From Octopus bimaculoides (lineage: Eukaryota): a stretch of DNA of 64,000 nt. The stretch lies in NCBI RefSeq assembly GCF_001194135.2, contig NC_068994.1, positions 41,450,049-41,514,048 on the forward strand. Reading direction: 5' to 3'. The notes under the pieces were generated by a model, which saw nothing but the letters and a program-made list of their open reading frames with translations, did not search any database and was not told the DNA's origin. The position numbers were made by a program, and so were the translations under genes. Position 1 is the first letter of the stretch. Each line of letters opens with the position of its first letter. Below are positions 50,164-64,000 of this stretch, piece by piece.

Positions 50164-50532
50164 TTTTCTTAGTACCTGATTTTTATGTTCAAGTTCAAAT
50201 GCTTCTTAAATCAAATTTACTTTTTATCCTTCTGAAATAATCCTTTCTAAGTTCTTGGTCATGTGGTGGACCAAGGAGAAGATGCAAAACACTCTCAAGG
50301 TGACCTTAAAAAAGTATAAGTTAGAAGAGTCTATTTGAGAAGGTCAAGGTCACTCACTGTGGTAGAGTGATGTGTACTCTAGAGTACAGCACTCGGAATA
50401 ACAAGTGATTAAAGAAACTACAGAGAGAGGTTGCTGTATGAAAAGCAAGAGTCCAACTGAGTCCTGATCCTGCAATTATATGCTGCCATTGTAACTGAAT
50501 TTTATGCCAATATCAGCTTTAAAATAGACCAA

Positions 50533-50736
50533 AAGGCAGTGGGCTGGTAGAATTCTTAGCATGCTGGGTAAAATGATTGGTAGCATTTCATTTGTCTTTA
50601 TGTTCTGAGTTCAATTTTGCCTTTCATCCTTTTAGAATTGATAAAACAAGTATCAGTTGAACACTGGGGGTTGATGTAATCAACTTATTGCTCCTCCTAA
50701 ATTGCTGGCCTTGTGCCAAAATTTGAAATCAATATT
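50533..50736 (+). mobile_element. SINE family A
   Basis: Similar to 6656-6865, with a small internal deletion after gagttcaa. Confidence 0.8.
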
Positions 50737-51310
50737 AGGCCTAATAACCCACTTCAGAACCCATGAAGAGTAGAGCTGCTAATCCTGTTATATTCAGGAA
50801 AAATGAAGGATGAATATTGTCACACACACACGTTTGTGTGTGTGTGTATTGGCATTATATACATCTATCTTTGCTTGTCTCAGTGGTGAGTATACTCAGA
50901 ATTTTGCAAATATCACTATTGTATCATTTGTGATAGTTTCCAAATGCTGAGTAGCAAGAGAGAATATTTTTTTTGACACTGCAATAAATACTTGTACCCC
51001 ACTTCTGCATTGCATACATTTTCCTCTTGTCTTTAACACACCAAAATGTTGATACACATATAAACAACAGATATACATTTGCTTGCATGTGATTATGCAT
51101 GTGTCTTGCAGATTTCTAAATTTTTGCTGGCTCCACTGTTACTGAGTATTGAATATTTTGGATATTCATCTTCAATATAGCTGAATGTTGATTGGTTACT
51201 GGAATGGATGGTATATCTAAGGTCAATATCCAGAAACATTACCCATCTGATTCTAGTTTCTTTCTTTTCATCCGCCTGTCTGACACTCCCTCAATATGCA
51301 TGCATGTATG

Positions 51311-51342
<32 letters not shown>

Positions 51343-51525
51343 ATGGATTTTCCCATTGATTTCAATGTATGAGAGTCCAACAGCATTTTTATTTCTAATG
51401 TTTATATCTCTCCAGAGACTTTAATCCAGCTAATGATCCACAGACAAATCCAGAGATTGGACATAAGAGAGGATTGCTATACAAAATGTCTGGCATGTTA
51501 GACTGAAACTCTATCTATCTATCTA

Positions 51526-51594
<69 letters not shown>

Positions 51595-51901
51595 ATATAG
51601 TACATATAGAACTTTGTCTTTGGTCTCAGTTCTTTAAGATGATCCAGGCAGCTTAATTCATAGTTTTTTGTTTGTTTGTTTTTTTTATTACAAGTAAGCC
51701 TCCGTTTATTGCAATTCAATGCAGTTTTTTCAAATGTTTCAGCTGGATTCTTCATTACTATCAGTTTAGCTTTGAGCCTGTTCTCCTACCCTAGTCAATA
51801 TTTTCCTATTCTTCTTCTGCCAAGGAGCTGGATATACATAAGAACTTTTGGAACCTTATTGTTATTCATTCTGAAAACATTCTCAATTCTTAATTGAAAT
51901 T

Positions 51902-51949
<48 letters not shown>

Positions 51950-52188
51950 CAATACCATCAATTCTGCATTTAAAGAGTTTAGTCATTACTTCAAAGTTTT
52001 GTCATTCTGGCTCTGTCCACAAATGGTCTTAAGACATCATTTATGAAAGGTATAGAGACTTTTTAATATGTAATAGACAGTTATATGTTTGTTGTGGAGA
52101 AGTTAAAGTATATTAGAAGGGACTGGAACAGATTTTTTACTGTCAAGGAGGTGCACAGCTATGCCGCATTATATAGATATATTCTTTT

Positions 52189-52564
52189 ATTCTTTTACTT
52201 GTTTCAGTCATTTGGCTGGGGACATGCTGGAGTACTGCCTTTAGTTGAACAAATCGACCCCAGGACTAATCCTTTGTAAGCCTAGTACTTATTCAATCGG
52301 TCTCTTTTGCTGAACTGCTAAGTTTACAGGGACGTAAACACACCAACATCGGTTGTCAAGTGATGGTGGTGGGACAAACACACACACACACATATATGAC
52401 GGGCTTCTTTCTGTTTCCATCTACTAAATCCACTCACAAGGCTTTGGTCAGCCGGAGGCTATAGGTAGAAGACACTTGCCCAAGGTGCCATGCAGTGGGA
52501 CTGAACCCAGAACCATGTGGTCGGTAAGAAAGCTACTTACCACACAGCCACTCCTGCACCTATA
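52189..52564 (-). mobile_element. SINE family B, full length
   Basis: Reverse complement starts tataggtgcaggagtggctgtgtgg (A-box-like), followed by gggttcagtccc (B-box). Confidence 0.9.
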
Positions 52565-53039
52565 CATACTTTATATTTTTATATACACATATCATATGTA
52601 TATTTTATACATACATATACACATTCCTGCATAAACCAACAATAATAACAAAAACTGGCACGATTACTTTTGTGAATAACATATCTAGCAGCCAGAGAAT
52701 TTTTCCTAAGAACATGATATGACATGTGAAATGTCATGTCTTATAATATATAATATCATAATATTATAAATTCATTTATATCTGGGATGCTTTATAGCAA
52801 TATTAAACTGATCACAGTAAATCAAATGATATATTATTTTATTGATGGCTGCCCCAAAAGATGAAAGTCCAAGATCACCTCAGTGAGGTTTGAACTAACG
52901 ATGCAATGTACCATAGCTAAATTCAGCTGAACTTTTTAATCTGATGCTCTACCAATCCACTAACTTTTTAATCTGATGCTCTACCAATCCACTAACTTAA
53001 AACTGATTACAGTTTGTGTAGCTAACGATGATGTAACAT

Positions 53040-53500
53040 GACACTGAGAAGGATTATTATGATGATGATGGTGGTGACAATCATGACAAAGATGACAATG
53101 ACGATGATGATGGTGTTGGCAGCAGTGGTGGCGGTGGCAGTGATGGTGATGATGATGATGATGATGATGGCAGTAGTAATGGTGTTGCTGGTGGTGTTGG
53201 TGGTGGTGGTGGTGGTGGTGGTGGTGGTGGTAGTTAATCTTTTTGTTGTTGTGCTGGTGGTGGTTGTGATGATGATGATGACGATAATGATGGTGACAAC
53301 AATGATGACAACAACAACGACGTCAACAACAATGATGATGATGATGAGATGATGATGAAGTGGAGGAGGATGATGGCGGGAGTGATGGGGATCGTGATCG
53401 TGGTTGTGGTTGCACTGGTGATGATAATGCTGGTGATGAATGAGATGATGATGATGCGAATGCAGATACCAATGAAGATAGTGGTGGTGATAATAATCTC
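53040..53500. repeat. Compound (GAT)n/(GGT)n trinucleotide block
   Basis: Directly visible; explains the poly-M/V ORFs in the track. Confidence 0.95.
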
Positions 53501-54597
53501 TTTAGCAGCATTGACAGTTGCTTTATTTATTTATTTATTTACATAATTGTTTATTTAATTATTTATCTGTTTGATAGCTGATATCAAGTTTTCAACGAAG
53601 ACAGTGATAACTTATTGTGTTTCCCCCACAGTAGACAACTACCCAACACACACATCTGCAGATTCCTCTCCTTTGCAACCCACATACAACTCTGCTAAGT
53701 ATTAGATCAACAACATGGAAAGAAGATAAAATCCTTCTTAGCTATCAGAATTACTGATAACATTAACGACAATATCTCTAATATCAACCACAACACAATA
53801 ACCACCCACGTCATACAAAACCAAAATAAAAAAATAAATAAAAATAACACGAACTATACAGAAATAGAAATGAAATCGCCCCCCCCCCCCCCCCCTGAAA
53901 AAAAAGAAAGATATTAAAAAAAATTATCACAAAATAATCAAGTTCATTTCAATGAAAATAGTAAAAATAATGAAAAATTCAGGAAGAAAAGACAAATAAA
54001 ATAAAATTAGAAGCAATAGAATTTACTCAAGAAAATAAATTTAACTCGATTCCCACACAAAAATTGTACGTGGTATGTAATGTCATCGTTTGATATTATC
54101 AGTAGTGATTTGATTTTGATATGAAATGCAAATCTTTCCGTAGTGACGCAAAATTCATTCAGAATATATGGCCTTTACTATTTCTAATTTCAGTTAAGTT
54201 AATAAATAAGGAGGAAGATTTACTAATGTTTAACCAAAAAGAAAAAAAACAAATTAAAATTAAATAAATGAATAAAAATGAACTAACATTGAATAAATTT
54301 ACCAAATGTCATTTTACTATAACATGTCAACAAGCCATACATAGTAAGAAGGGAAACCATGACATGCAAGGTGACACTTTATAACGTGGTATACCAGCAC
54401 CAAAAAAAAATACAGATATGAATGTTCTGTCTGTGTGGGAGACGCACGTGTGTACGTGTGCTTGTATAAGTGTTTGTATATGTGGGTGAATGTGTGCAAT
54501 GAGTTATGAATTTGGAAAGAAGTACTAAGTTTTCCATTTCTCTTTAGTTAATGTCTGTGTGGGAATTGCACGTTGTGTGTGTATGCATGTATGGGTG

Positions 54598-54639
<42 letters not shown>

Positions 54640-55146
54640 GATTTATGCTTTTTGGAAAGAAGAAGAAGAAGTGTTAAGTTTTCAGTTCCACTTTATTAAA
54701 TAAATCATTTTAAAGTTTTAAGGTCCAATGTTTTAAAAAGGAGAGATATGCAGAAGAAATTGTTAATTTGTAATATTCATGCATTTCCCAAACCTTATTA
54801 CTAGCAAAAACAAAGACACATGTTAAATGATTTAGACAGTAATTGATACTATGGTGCAGTGTCTTCCTTTGCTGCAGGGCTTCCATCTTGCTATAAACAG
54901 CTTGTCATGATATAGTGATATACTGTAGTAAATAAGTGTATTTTCTGATATAAACATGTGTAAGTGCAGTACCTGCAGATATACATATACACATATATAT
55001 ATATATATATGTTTATATATATATATTGGTGGATTGATAGATATACTAATATTTAGCAGAATTGACAGAGTGACTCAAGAGCCAAAAGTTCCGTGCATTA
55101 GAACTTATCACATGTCTTGCCATCACCAAACCTATATATAAATATA

Positions 55147-55250
<104 letters not shown>

Positions 55251-55254
55251 TTTG

Positions 55255-55450
55255 TGCCTGTGTTTGTCTCCCCACCACTTCTTGACAACCAGTGGTAATG
55301 TGTTTACATCCCTGTAACTTAGCAGTTCAGTAAAAGGAACAGATAGAATAAGTACTAGTCATTAAAATAATTAGTCCTGGAGTGGATACATTCAACTAAA
55401 AATTCTTTAAGGCAGTGCCCCAGCATGGCCACAGTCTAATGACTGAAACA
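55255..55450 (+). mobile_element. SINE family B, 3' half
   Basis: cttgacaacc...ctgtaacttagcagttc...cagcatggccacagtctaatgactgaaac, following a TA/TG microsatellite. Confidence 0.75.
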
Positions 55451-55497
55451 ATTAAAAGATAAAAATAGAAGATATATGACTGTGTGTGTGTGAGAGA

Positions 55498-55541
<44 letters not shown>

Positions 55542-57009
55542 GTATGTAAATATACACAAACACACATGTATAGACATATCCAACTAATTAATAAGCAGTT
55601 TCTTTCATTATAGTATAAATATATACTGTTATATGTGTGCATGTGTGTGTATACATATACATACATATAGACACATGTAGTGTGGGCTGCATCTAGGAAC
55701 AAAAAGGTACAGAGGAGATGTGAGGGGGGGATGAAAATAATGCATTTTTTTTCTTTTTCTTTTCATAATTTGTGCAATTCCTTGTAGTGTGAAGAAATGT
55801 AATGCCAAGTAGTGTGAAGAAATAGAGGACATTGAGAGGCTGTAAATGGAGAGGTCATTTGTTGTTGAACTGGTATGAAATGGCAGGCCATTAGTTTTCA
55901 TGGAATATAATGGAAATGTTGTAAACATATTCGAGGAAACAATTCAGTTTTGCCAATGTGTTAGTTACTACAGAGTGTGCTTATAATGTAGTATGTAATG
56001 TTGATGAATATACAACTGAAGAAGATGATGATGATGATGATGATGACGATGATAACAACAATGACAACGATGAGGAGGAAGATGAGGAGTGTGGCAGTTG
56101 TGTTGGTGATGGTAAACAATAGAAGTTAGTGCTGGTGATATGATGGAGGTGTCAGATGTAAAAACAGAGTGTAAGTTTTAACTTTGGGTGATATAAGTTG
56201 ATGTAGAAGAGAAGCAGGCTGAGTTGGTGGGTGTAGTGGTACATAATGCTGCTAGTGTGTTTGTGAATTAGGTGACCAAGCGGTGGCCGTAGGCTGGGGC
56301 CTTATGAATCAAGCAGGGATCTATGTCTCAATGAAATCAAAAATGGAGTTGGTTTCATTTGAGCCCAACATGTTATTCATAGAGGCTCTGCTATCCTGCT
56401 TCTGAACCTCATCAGAGAGGTACACTTGTGCCACTGCAACTGTCCTCTGATTGGCTAGTTCATCCTGACACTTAAATGCTCTTCTTTCTCTGGTAAGCTT
56501 CATAAGTAGGTCAACAACAATGCTTGGGTGCAGGGATGGATCCAATTTGTGCTAGACACATTGTAGGCCATATTGCTCTGAAGCAGAATGGTAGCAGTAT
56601 TGATGAATGCAAAAAGGTTTGTCTGTAATGCTAGCTCATTTTGTCCTGCTCTAGATTTCCCTTCTGACTTGTTTGGTACCTTGAACAGCTTCCTAGATAA
56701 CTTCACCACTGTTCCTTATAGGAAATCTAATGTAAACTATAGGTACACAGCAGGTACAATAGGATTATATGCATGCTGGCAAAGAAGGAACTGGTTTGCA
56801 GCAAATGCACAAGAGTAGCTAGACATAAGGCCACACATGACATGTTTTCTATAAATGACCAGAAGGCTTCATAGAAATAACTGACACCTGTTACCCAGGT
56901 GACCTAATTAGCAGCAGAAGTAGATATTCTGGAAATATTGTAATTAAATTATGGAATAGTTGTAAACAATACTGGTGATGTTACCCCTGCTGACAGCAAA
57001 GGGATTCAC

Positions 57010-57461
57010 ACTACAAGTGAAGTGCGAGTTGTATTATGGATGTGAGTGCTGTGCCATGTTGCATTGGCATTGAATATACAGAGAATATATAGAGGATGTA
57101 TGAAAGCTAGAAAGAAATGAGGTAGGTATACTCCTTTGAATGTGTAATGTTAGAGTAAAGGAAAATGGAGTACAAATGAAATGAAAGAAAAACTAGGAAT
57201 AAGAACAGTCATATATGGTGTGTCCAAAAGAAGACGTGGTATGGGCATGTAATGCAAATGGAAGATAGAGTCAGTTAAAAGTGTCAAGAGATACAATGAG
57301 ATGAAACTTTGAGAAGACCAATGAAGACATAGGAAGATTTCAGGACGTCACTCCACATGAAGGAGGAAACAGAAGACTGCAAAAAAGTGGCAAGGTACTG
57401 CACAAGAGAAAAACAGATCTAACCCATCTATGCAGAGAAAAAACAGATATGAATGATGATG
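57010..57461 (+). mobile_element. RTE LINE 3' fragment
   Basis: AMLHW...KLERNEVGILL*MCNV..KEKLGIR..WYGHV..RRPMKT, ending in a short (GAT)n tail. Confidence 0.8.
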
Positions 57462-57718
57462 TTAATATATGTGTATATGTTTATTTATGTGTACGTATGT
57501 GTATGTATATGAGTGTGTGAGTATAAAGTATAAGAACATTGAATAACATAACATATAATACTTCAGTGTTTTTAGTGGATCATCTTTAAATCTTGACTTT
57601 AGAATATTAAGTATTTACATAATGCACATAATACAAACTATATATAATCACAGTGTTACCATCTTACTGTGTATATACACACATATATACATACATACAT
57701 ATATATATATATATGTGC

Positions 57719-57749
<31 letters not shown>

Positions 57750-57762
57750 TATATTTAGCTTA

Positions 57763-58096
57763 TTCTTTATTCTTTTGCTTGTTACAATTGTTAGATTGTG
57801 GCCCTGCTGGGGCACTGTCTAGAGGAATTTTAGTTGAATGGAGAGACCCCAGTACTTAGTTTATTTTAAGCCATATATTTATTCTATTGGTGTCTTTTAA
57901 CAAACTGGTAAGTAACAGGGATGTAAACACACCAGCATTGGTTGTCAAACAGTGGTGGAGAACAAACACACACATATTGATATATTTATATTTATACATA
58001 TACATGCATGCTTGCATACATGTATATGAGTGTGTTTGTGTGTATGTGTGTGTGTGCTGGTGTGTATAAATATGTGTATGAATGTATATATGCATA

Positions 58097-58131
<35 letters not shown>

Positions 58132-58308
58132 TATGCATGTGTGAGAGTGCATATCTGGTAAGCAAGAAACACACGCACACATACGCAAACACACACACAC
58201 AGCAAGCTTCTTTCAGTGTCTGCCAAATCCATTCACAGGGCTTTGGTTGGCCCAAATCTATAGCAGAAGAGAGTTGCTAAATGTGCCATGCAGTGGGACT
58301 GAACCCAA
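57763..58308 (-). mobile_element. SINE family B with expanded internal microsatellite
   Basis: Both halves are similar to 52189-52564. Confidence 0.8.
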
Positions 58309-59195
58309 GTGGTTATCCATATAAGAATCAATTAGGTTTGATGTTGGCTTTGGTGATCAGCCGAGAACTGATGTATACAGCATGATATGGCCATAAGCAT
58401 ATATAACAATAGATGTGCACATACAGACCTGAATGTACATCAGAGGAAACCCATTCCTACCTCTGCTTCAAGACATTCACTAAAGACTATTACAATCTAT
58501 TCATATTAGCATGAAATTATGAGTATAATTATGCATATAATTTACAGACATGTTACTTGCACACATACATTAAATTTATACACACCTCAATTTATTGTTT
58601 ACACATACATATGTAAATTATAAACACAAACACACACACACACACACACACACACAAATTATAAGATATATCTAGATTTATGTGTATATGTTTATAGGAT
58701 GTCTATATTCATTGTGGCAGTCATCATAAAAGTAAAGAAGTACGAAATAATTATAGCAATACGATGTTTGTACATTTTGTATTACATAACATGTAATTAT
58801 TTGTAAGTGAAGACATGAAGACTATCCATTGAAGACACTAAAACGGTGTGTGTGAGTGTGTGTGTTTGTGTGTGTGCGTATTTGTGTGCATATGTATGCG
58901 TTATGTTATAGAAAGTACATGTTTATACTTAATACACTCAAACATACACATACACATGCACATATGTGCACTTTGTCCCTTTTGGGGGTTTATGCCCCAC
59001 TCCCTTCACTGACATGGGGATGTACACCCTTAGTTAGTTTTGCTCTGCACATCCTGTATTGAGAAAACCCTAGACATAGTCAAGATCTAATATCTGATAA
59101 GGAAATATCTTGAATGCATTTGGAGACTCTACACTACAAACAGGATGTGCATTTGAGTGTATGTATGCGTGTGTGTATATATATGTATGCGTGTG

Positions 59196-59253
<58 letters not shown>

Positions 59254-59376
59254 NNNNNNNNNNNNNNNNNNNNNNNNNNNNNNNNNNNNNNNNNNNNNNN
59301 NNNNNNNNNNNNNNNNNNNNNNNNNNNNNNNNNNNNNNNNNNNNNNNNNNNNNNNNNNNNNNNNNNNNNNNNNNNN

Positions 59377-59413
<37 letters not shown>

Positions 59414-59428
59414 TACATACATATATGC

Positions 59429-59459
<31 letters not shown>

Positions 59460-59488
59460 TAGATTTATATGTGTGTGTGTGTGTGTGT

Positions 59489-59716
59489 GGAGGCATGTGG
59501 TTTAGTGGTTAGGGTGTTGGGCTCATGATTGAAAGACTGTGCTTTTAATGCTTGGACTTGGCAATGCATTGTGCACTTCATTTCGCATTGCTCTGGTTCA
59601 CTCAGCTGGCAAAGAATGTGTAATCCTGCAACAGATCAGCATCCCATTCAAGGGGTCAATATATACACCCCAGAAACTTGGAAACCAGTTCTATATGACT
59701 CAGGAAAGATGTTTTA
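59489..59716 (+). mobile_element. tRNA-derived SINE, family C
   Basis: Head ggaggcatgtggtttagtggttaggg (A-box-like); a related fragment lies at 10495-10600. Confidence 0.6.
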
Positions 59717-60223
59717 TCCTTTTTTTTTTATGTGTGTGTGTGTGGCCGGAGGGATGGTTATATATATGCATACATATATATATCCCATGTGTGTAGCTAT
59801 GAGTATGGGGCTGTATATGTCTTTACATGAGCGCCTTAGTATAGATATTCAAGAGGGAGTTTGTATTTATATGAGTATGCAACTATAATGGCAGCAAAAC
59901 TAAAATTCACAACTAATTGAATAAATCTGCAATAAAAGCTTGGTTGCCACTTGCGCCTTTAATACTTGTGGGACATATGGTATTGGAAAGTCATGAATGT
60001 TACAAACTCCACTTTGGTTATTCCTTAAATCAATAAAATTTATCGCTTATGGGTTACTGGGTCTCAATAAGAAATGTCACATCTATTTATTGTATCATAC
60101 AATTGATTGAATATAAATATTTGTTCTTTCACAAAGATATTCCCATTTACTGAAGCTCTCTCTCTCACACACACACACACACATATACACACACATACCA
60201 CGGCACACATAAATGTACATTTG

Positions 60224-60254
<31 letters not shown>

Positions 60255-60744
60255 AATTTAATTCATGAAATAGTAATATGTATTTTATTATTAATATTAT
60301 TTTAGGCCTTAAGTCAATGAAAGAATCATTTATTTATTTATTTATTTATTTATTTATTATTAAATTTATCCCATTTAATCAGATATCAAATAAAAATATG
60401 ATACATTATGATTTTGATGTTTAGTGTTTTGTATCAATATTTATTGCAATACAAATCATAATTCTTAGAATTATGAATGGCACAGATACATAAAAAAAAA
60501 AAGAATTGGAGTATTAAAGGAAAATATCAATGAGAATTTCATCATAGTATTCCAGTATCTTTTTCTCAAATTCATTTGCTGATAGTTTTATCTCTTGAGG
60601 AAGTATGTACTGGCTGTATACTAGGGGGACATTATATAACACAGTTGCCTGTTATGATTGTGAACTTATACCAGTAGAGTTAACTAATACAAGGCAAAGA
60701 TATTTCCACACGGCATTTAAAGTATATACCTATATGTATGTATA

Positions 60745-60780
<36 letters not shown>

Positions 60781-60790
60781 NNNNNNNNNN

Positions 60791-60827
<37 letters not shown>

Positions 60828-61055
60828 ATGTGTGCATGTATATATATATATATATATATATATAAACAGACACACACACTTAATCTCAGTTCCTTATTTG
60901 ATTTAGCTATTAAAGACATAGACAATGTTTACAAATATAATGATGACAGATTTTGGTTTGCATATTTTTGAGTAAATATCTATATTGCTGTGTTGTTATG
61001 AAACAAATATGAAAATCACACTAAAATATACCTATTTATGCGTGATGTGAACATG

Positions 61056-61087
<32 letters not shown>

Positions 61088-61137
61088 AACAAAGAAGAGA
61101 AATATAACTCAGAACATATGTATAAGTGTTTGTACCT

Positions 61138-61182
<45 letters not shown>

Positions 61183-61553
61183 AACATCCCTGCGTGACTG
61201 CGGCTTTTGAGCTGGAGCTAGTTTAAGGGTTAAAGAGTAAATATAATATATATATATATATTGTTTTGCATGTGTCAGGTAAGTATATTTATTGAATTAC
61301 AAGTAGAAATATATATACATATAATGTGTATATCATTCACTTGTCTTTCCTTTTGTATAACTAATACATTATACATGCAGTCATCACTATAGATATAACT
61401 GTACATTTATATATACATAATTATAGATATGTTCCTGTATACACAATTATGTCATTTTCTATTTCCATGTACTCATACACTACCTCCACATGCACACAAA
61501 CCTGCACATAATACATACACACACACAACACATACACATATACAATATATGTT

Positions 61554-61636
<83 letters not shown>

Positions 61637-62624
61637 NNNNNNNNNNNNNNNNNNNNNNNNNNNNNNNNNNNNNNNNNNNNNNNNNNNNNNNNNNNNNNNN
61701 NNNNNNNNNNNNNNNNNNNNNNNNNNNNNNNNNNNNNNNNNNNNNNNNNNNNNNNNNNNNNNNNNNNNNNNNNNNNNNNNNNNNNNNNNNNNNNNNNNNN
61801 NNNNNNNNNNNNNNNNNNNNNNNNNNNNNNNNNNNNNNNNNNNNNNNNNNNNNNNNNNNNNNNNNNNNNNNNNNNNNNNNNNNNNNNNNNNNNNNNNNNN
61901 NNNNNNNNNNNNNNNNNNNNNNNNNNNNNNNNNNNNNNNNNNNNNNNNNNNNNNNNNNNNNNNNNNNNNNNNNNNNNNNNNNNNNNNNNNNNNNNNNNNN
62001 NNNNNNNNNNNNNNNNNNNNNNNNNNNNNNNNNNNNNNNNNNNNNNNNNNNNNNNNNNNNNNNNNNNNNNNNNNNNNNNNNNNNNNNNNNNNNNNNNNNN
62101 NNNNNNNNNNNNNNNNNNNNNNNNNNNNNNNNNNNNNNNNNNNNNNNNNNNNNNNNNNNNNNNNNNNNNNNNNNNNNNNNNNNNNNNNNNNNNNNNNNNN
62201 NNNNNNNNNNNNNNNNNNNNNNNNNNNNNNNNNNNNNNNNNNNNNNNNNNNNNNNNNNNNNNNNNNNNNNNNNNNNNNNNNNNNNNNNNNNNNNNNNNNN
62301 NNNNNNNNNNNNNNNNNNNNNNNNNNNNNNNNNNNNNNNNNNNNNNNNNNNNNNNNNNNNNNNNNNNNNNNNNNNNNNNNNNNNNNNNNNNNNNNNNNNN
62401 NNNNNNNNNNNNNNNNNNNNNNNNNNNNNNNNNNNNNNNNNNNNNNNNNNNNNNNNNNNNNNNNNNNNNNNNNNNNNNNNNNNNNNNNNNNNNNNNNNNN
62501 NNNNNNNNNNNNNNNNNNNNNNNNNNNNNNNNNNNNNNNNNNNNNNNNNNNNNNNNNNNNNNNNNNNNNNNNNNNNNNNNNNNNNNNNNNNNNNNNNNNN
62601 NNNNNNNNNNNNNNNNNNNNNNNN
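61637..62624. other. Assembly gap (988 N); other gaps at 35996-36048, 47029-47231, 59254-59376 and 60781-60790
   Basis: Runs of N, mostly bordered by (TA)n. Confidence 0.99.
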
Positions 62625-62664
<40 letters not shown>

Positions 62665-62680
62665 TATATATATATTTATG

Positions 62681-62711
<31 letters not shown>

Positions 62712-63062
62712 ATATGTATGTGTATGGCAAGTTGGCAGATTTGTTAAAGCATCTGCTTCAAGGCAATTGTTATAATTCTGTGCATTGTGAGTTCACATCC
62801 TATCAAGGTCAACTTTACCTCTTGTCACTTTGAGGTTGATAACAATAAATCCCAATCCGAGATGATGGATTTGCAGAATTAGTAGTACGTCAGATGAAAT
62901 TCCTTGTGGTATCTATTCTGGCTCTGTATATTGTGCCAGTAACACCTGTGATGTGACAGGTACCAATCTTTATCAACTACAGCTTTCCTTCTGGATACCA
63001 CATACTGTGGGAATATGAGATTAAGTAGGCCCTACATGAGACACACACACATATACACATAG

Positions 63063-63099
<37 letters not shown>

Positions 63100-63459
63100 T
63101 ATATATGCATATATAAATGCATGCTTATACACAAACACACATATTCATATATTTAAATTCATATAATCAACATGCGTATTACATTCACATATGTATGTGT
63201 ATGTATATTAATATATATAAATATATGTATGTACATATGTGTGTATGTGGTGAGAGAGAGAGATAGAGATAGAAAGAGAGAGAGGTCAATTTTTTCACAA
63301 TCTTTCTAGCTTTTCCAAGTTTAATATTATTGTATTTGCCTCCAAATATACCTTTCCATTTGACGTCTGCTAAAAATCATTTGTGCCTGTATGAATATTT
63401 ATGTATATTGTTTTGTATATGCATATGTGTATATGTGCATGTGTGTGTATATATATATA

Positions 63460-63586
63460 TACATATATATATATATACACATATATATATATATACACAT
63501 ATATATATATATACACATATATATATATATACACATATATATATATATACACATATATATATATATACACATATATATATATATAT

Positions 63587-63595
<9 letters not shown>
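63460..63595. repeat. 18-bp higher-order microsatellite (TACAC(AT)n unit), about 7 copies
   Basis: Period of 18 is visible as repeated HIYIYT in the ORF track. Confidence 0.85.
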
Positions 63596-63659
<64 letters not shown>

Positions 63660-64000
63660 CATACACAAATATATACATGTGTATATAAATATACACACAT
63701 ATATATGTACACATACATATACATAAATAAGACACCCACACACATGTATGTGTATCTGCGTGACTGCATCTGAGTATGTGTTTGCATATATAGTTGTCAG
63801 TACATGTATATTTGGAAGTATGAGTCTCTATATACCTCTACATGTCTGAGTGTACCGGTGTATTTGTCTCTTTGCATATTTATCTATAATATAAGACACA
63901 TCTCATCCGAAATACCATCTTAAATGTCCAATGCATGTAACCTAGTCAACTAATATCCACCACTCCATTACTCTAAAAGCATCTGATTTACAAATGATCC

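Noticed and set aside
51904-51947. 44-A tract as the tail of a retrocopy
   Set aside because: No upstream AATAAA, ORF or target-site duplication.
52490-52564. tRNA genes
   Set aside because: A/B-box-like heads run into SINE bodies and form no complete cloverleaf.
60500-60640. Minus-strand peptide ATVLYNVPLVYSQYILPQEIKLSANEFEKKILEYYDEILIDIFL*
   Set aside because: Weak acceptor, no recognisable family and no partner exons.
61180-61285. Plus-strand CAG|GTAAGT donor with nearby CpGs; similar isolated consensus donors at 8646 and 20474
   Set aside because: Isolated splice-like words are expected by chance in 64 kb, and no coherent plus-strand gene model emerges.

Overview
This is AT-rich, microsatellite-saturated animal genomic DNA from a draft scaffold with six N gaps. 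The protocadherin sequence and repeat landscape point to an octopus or other coleoid cephalopod (inference). Only one protein-coding gene is supported: a minus-strand six-cadherin-repeat protocadherin. Its signal peptide, EC1-6, transmembrane segment and proximal tail are encoded by one 2.4-kb exon (CDS 30461-28074). I predict two small tail exons not called as such in the ORF track (23937-23787 and 20805-20735), giving about 869 aa. The rest is intron or intergenic DNA filled with tRNA-derived SINEs, RTE and R4/Dong LINE remnants, MITEs and simple repeats. Nearly all other ORF-track entries are microsatellite, gap or TE artefacts. The most striking unexplained structure is a 758-bp near-perfect foldback (18945-19702) 1 kb downstream of the predicted stop, bracketed by a consensus splice donor and a plausible acceptor. 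Several calcium-binding motifs in the ectodomain carry Asn codons that A-to-I editing would convert to the canonical Asp. No rRNA, true tRNA or CRISPR features were found.
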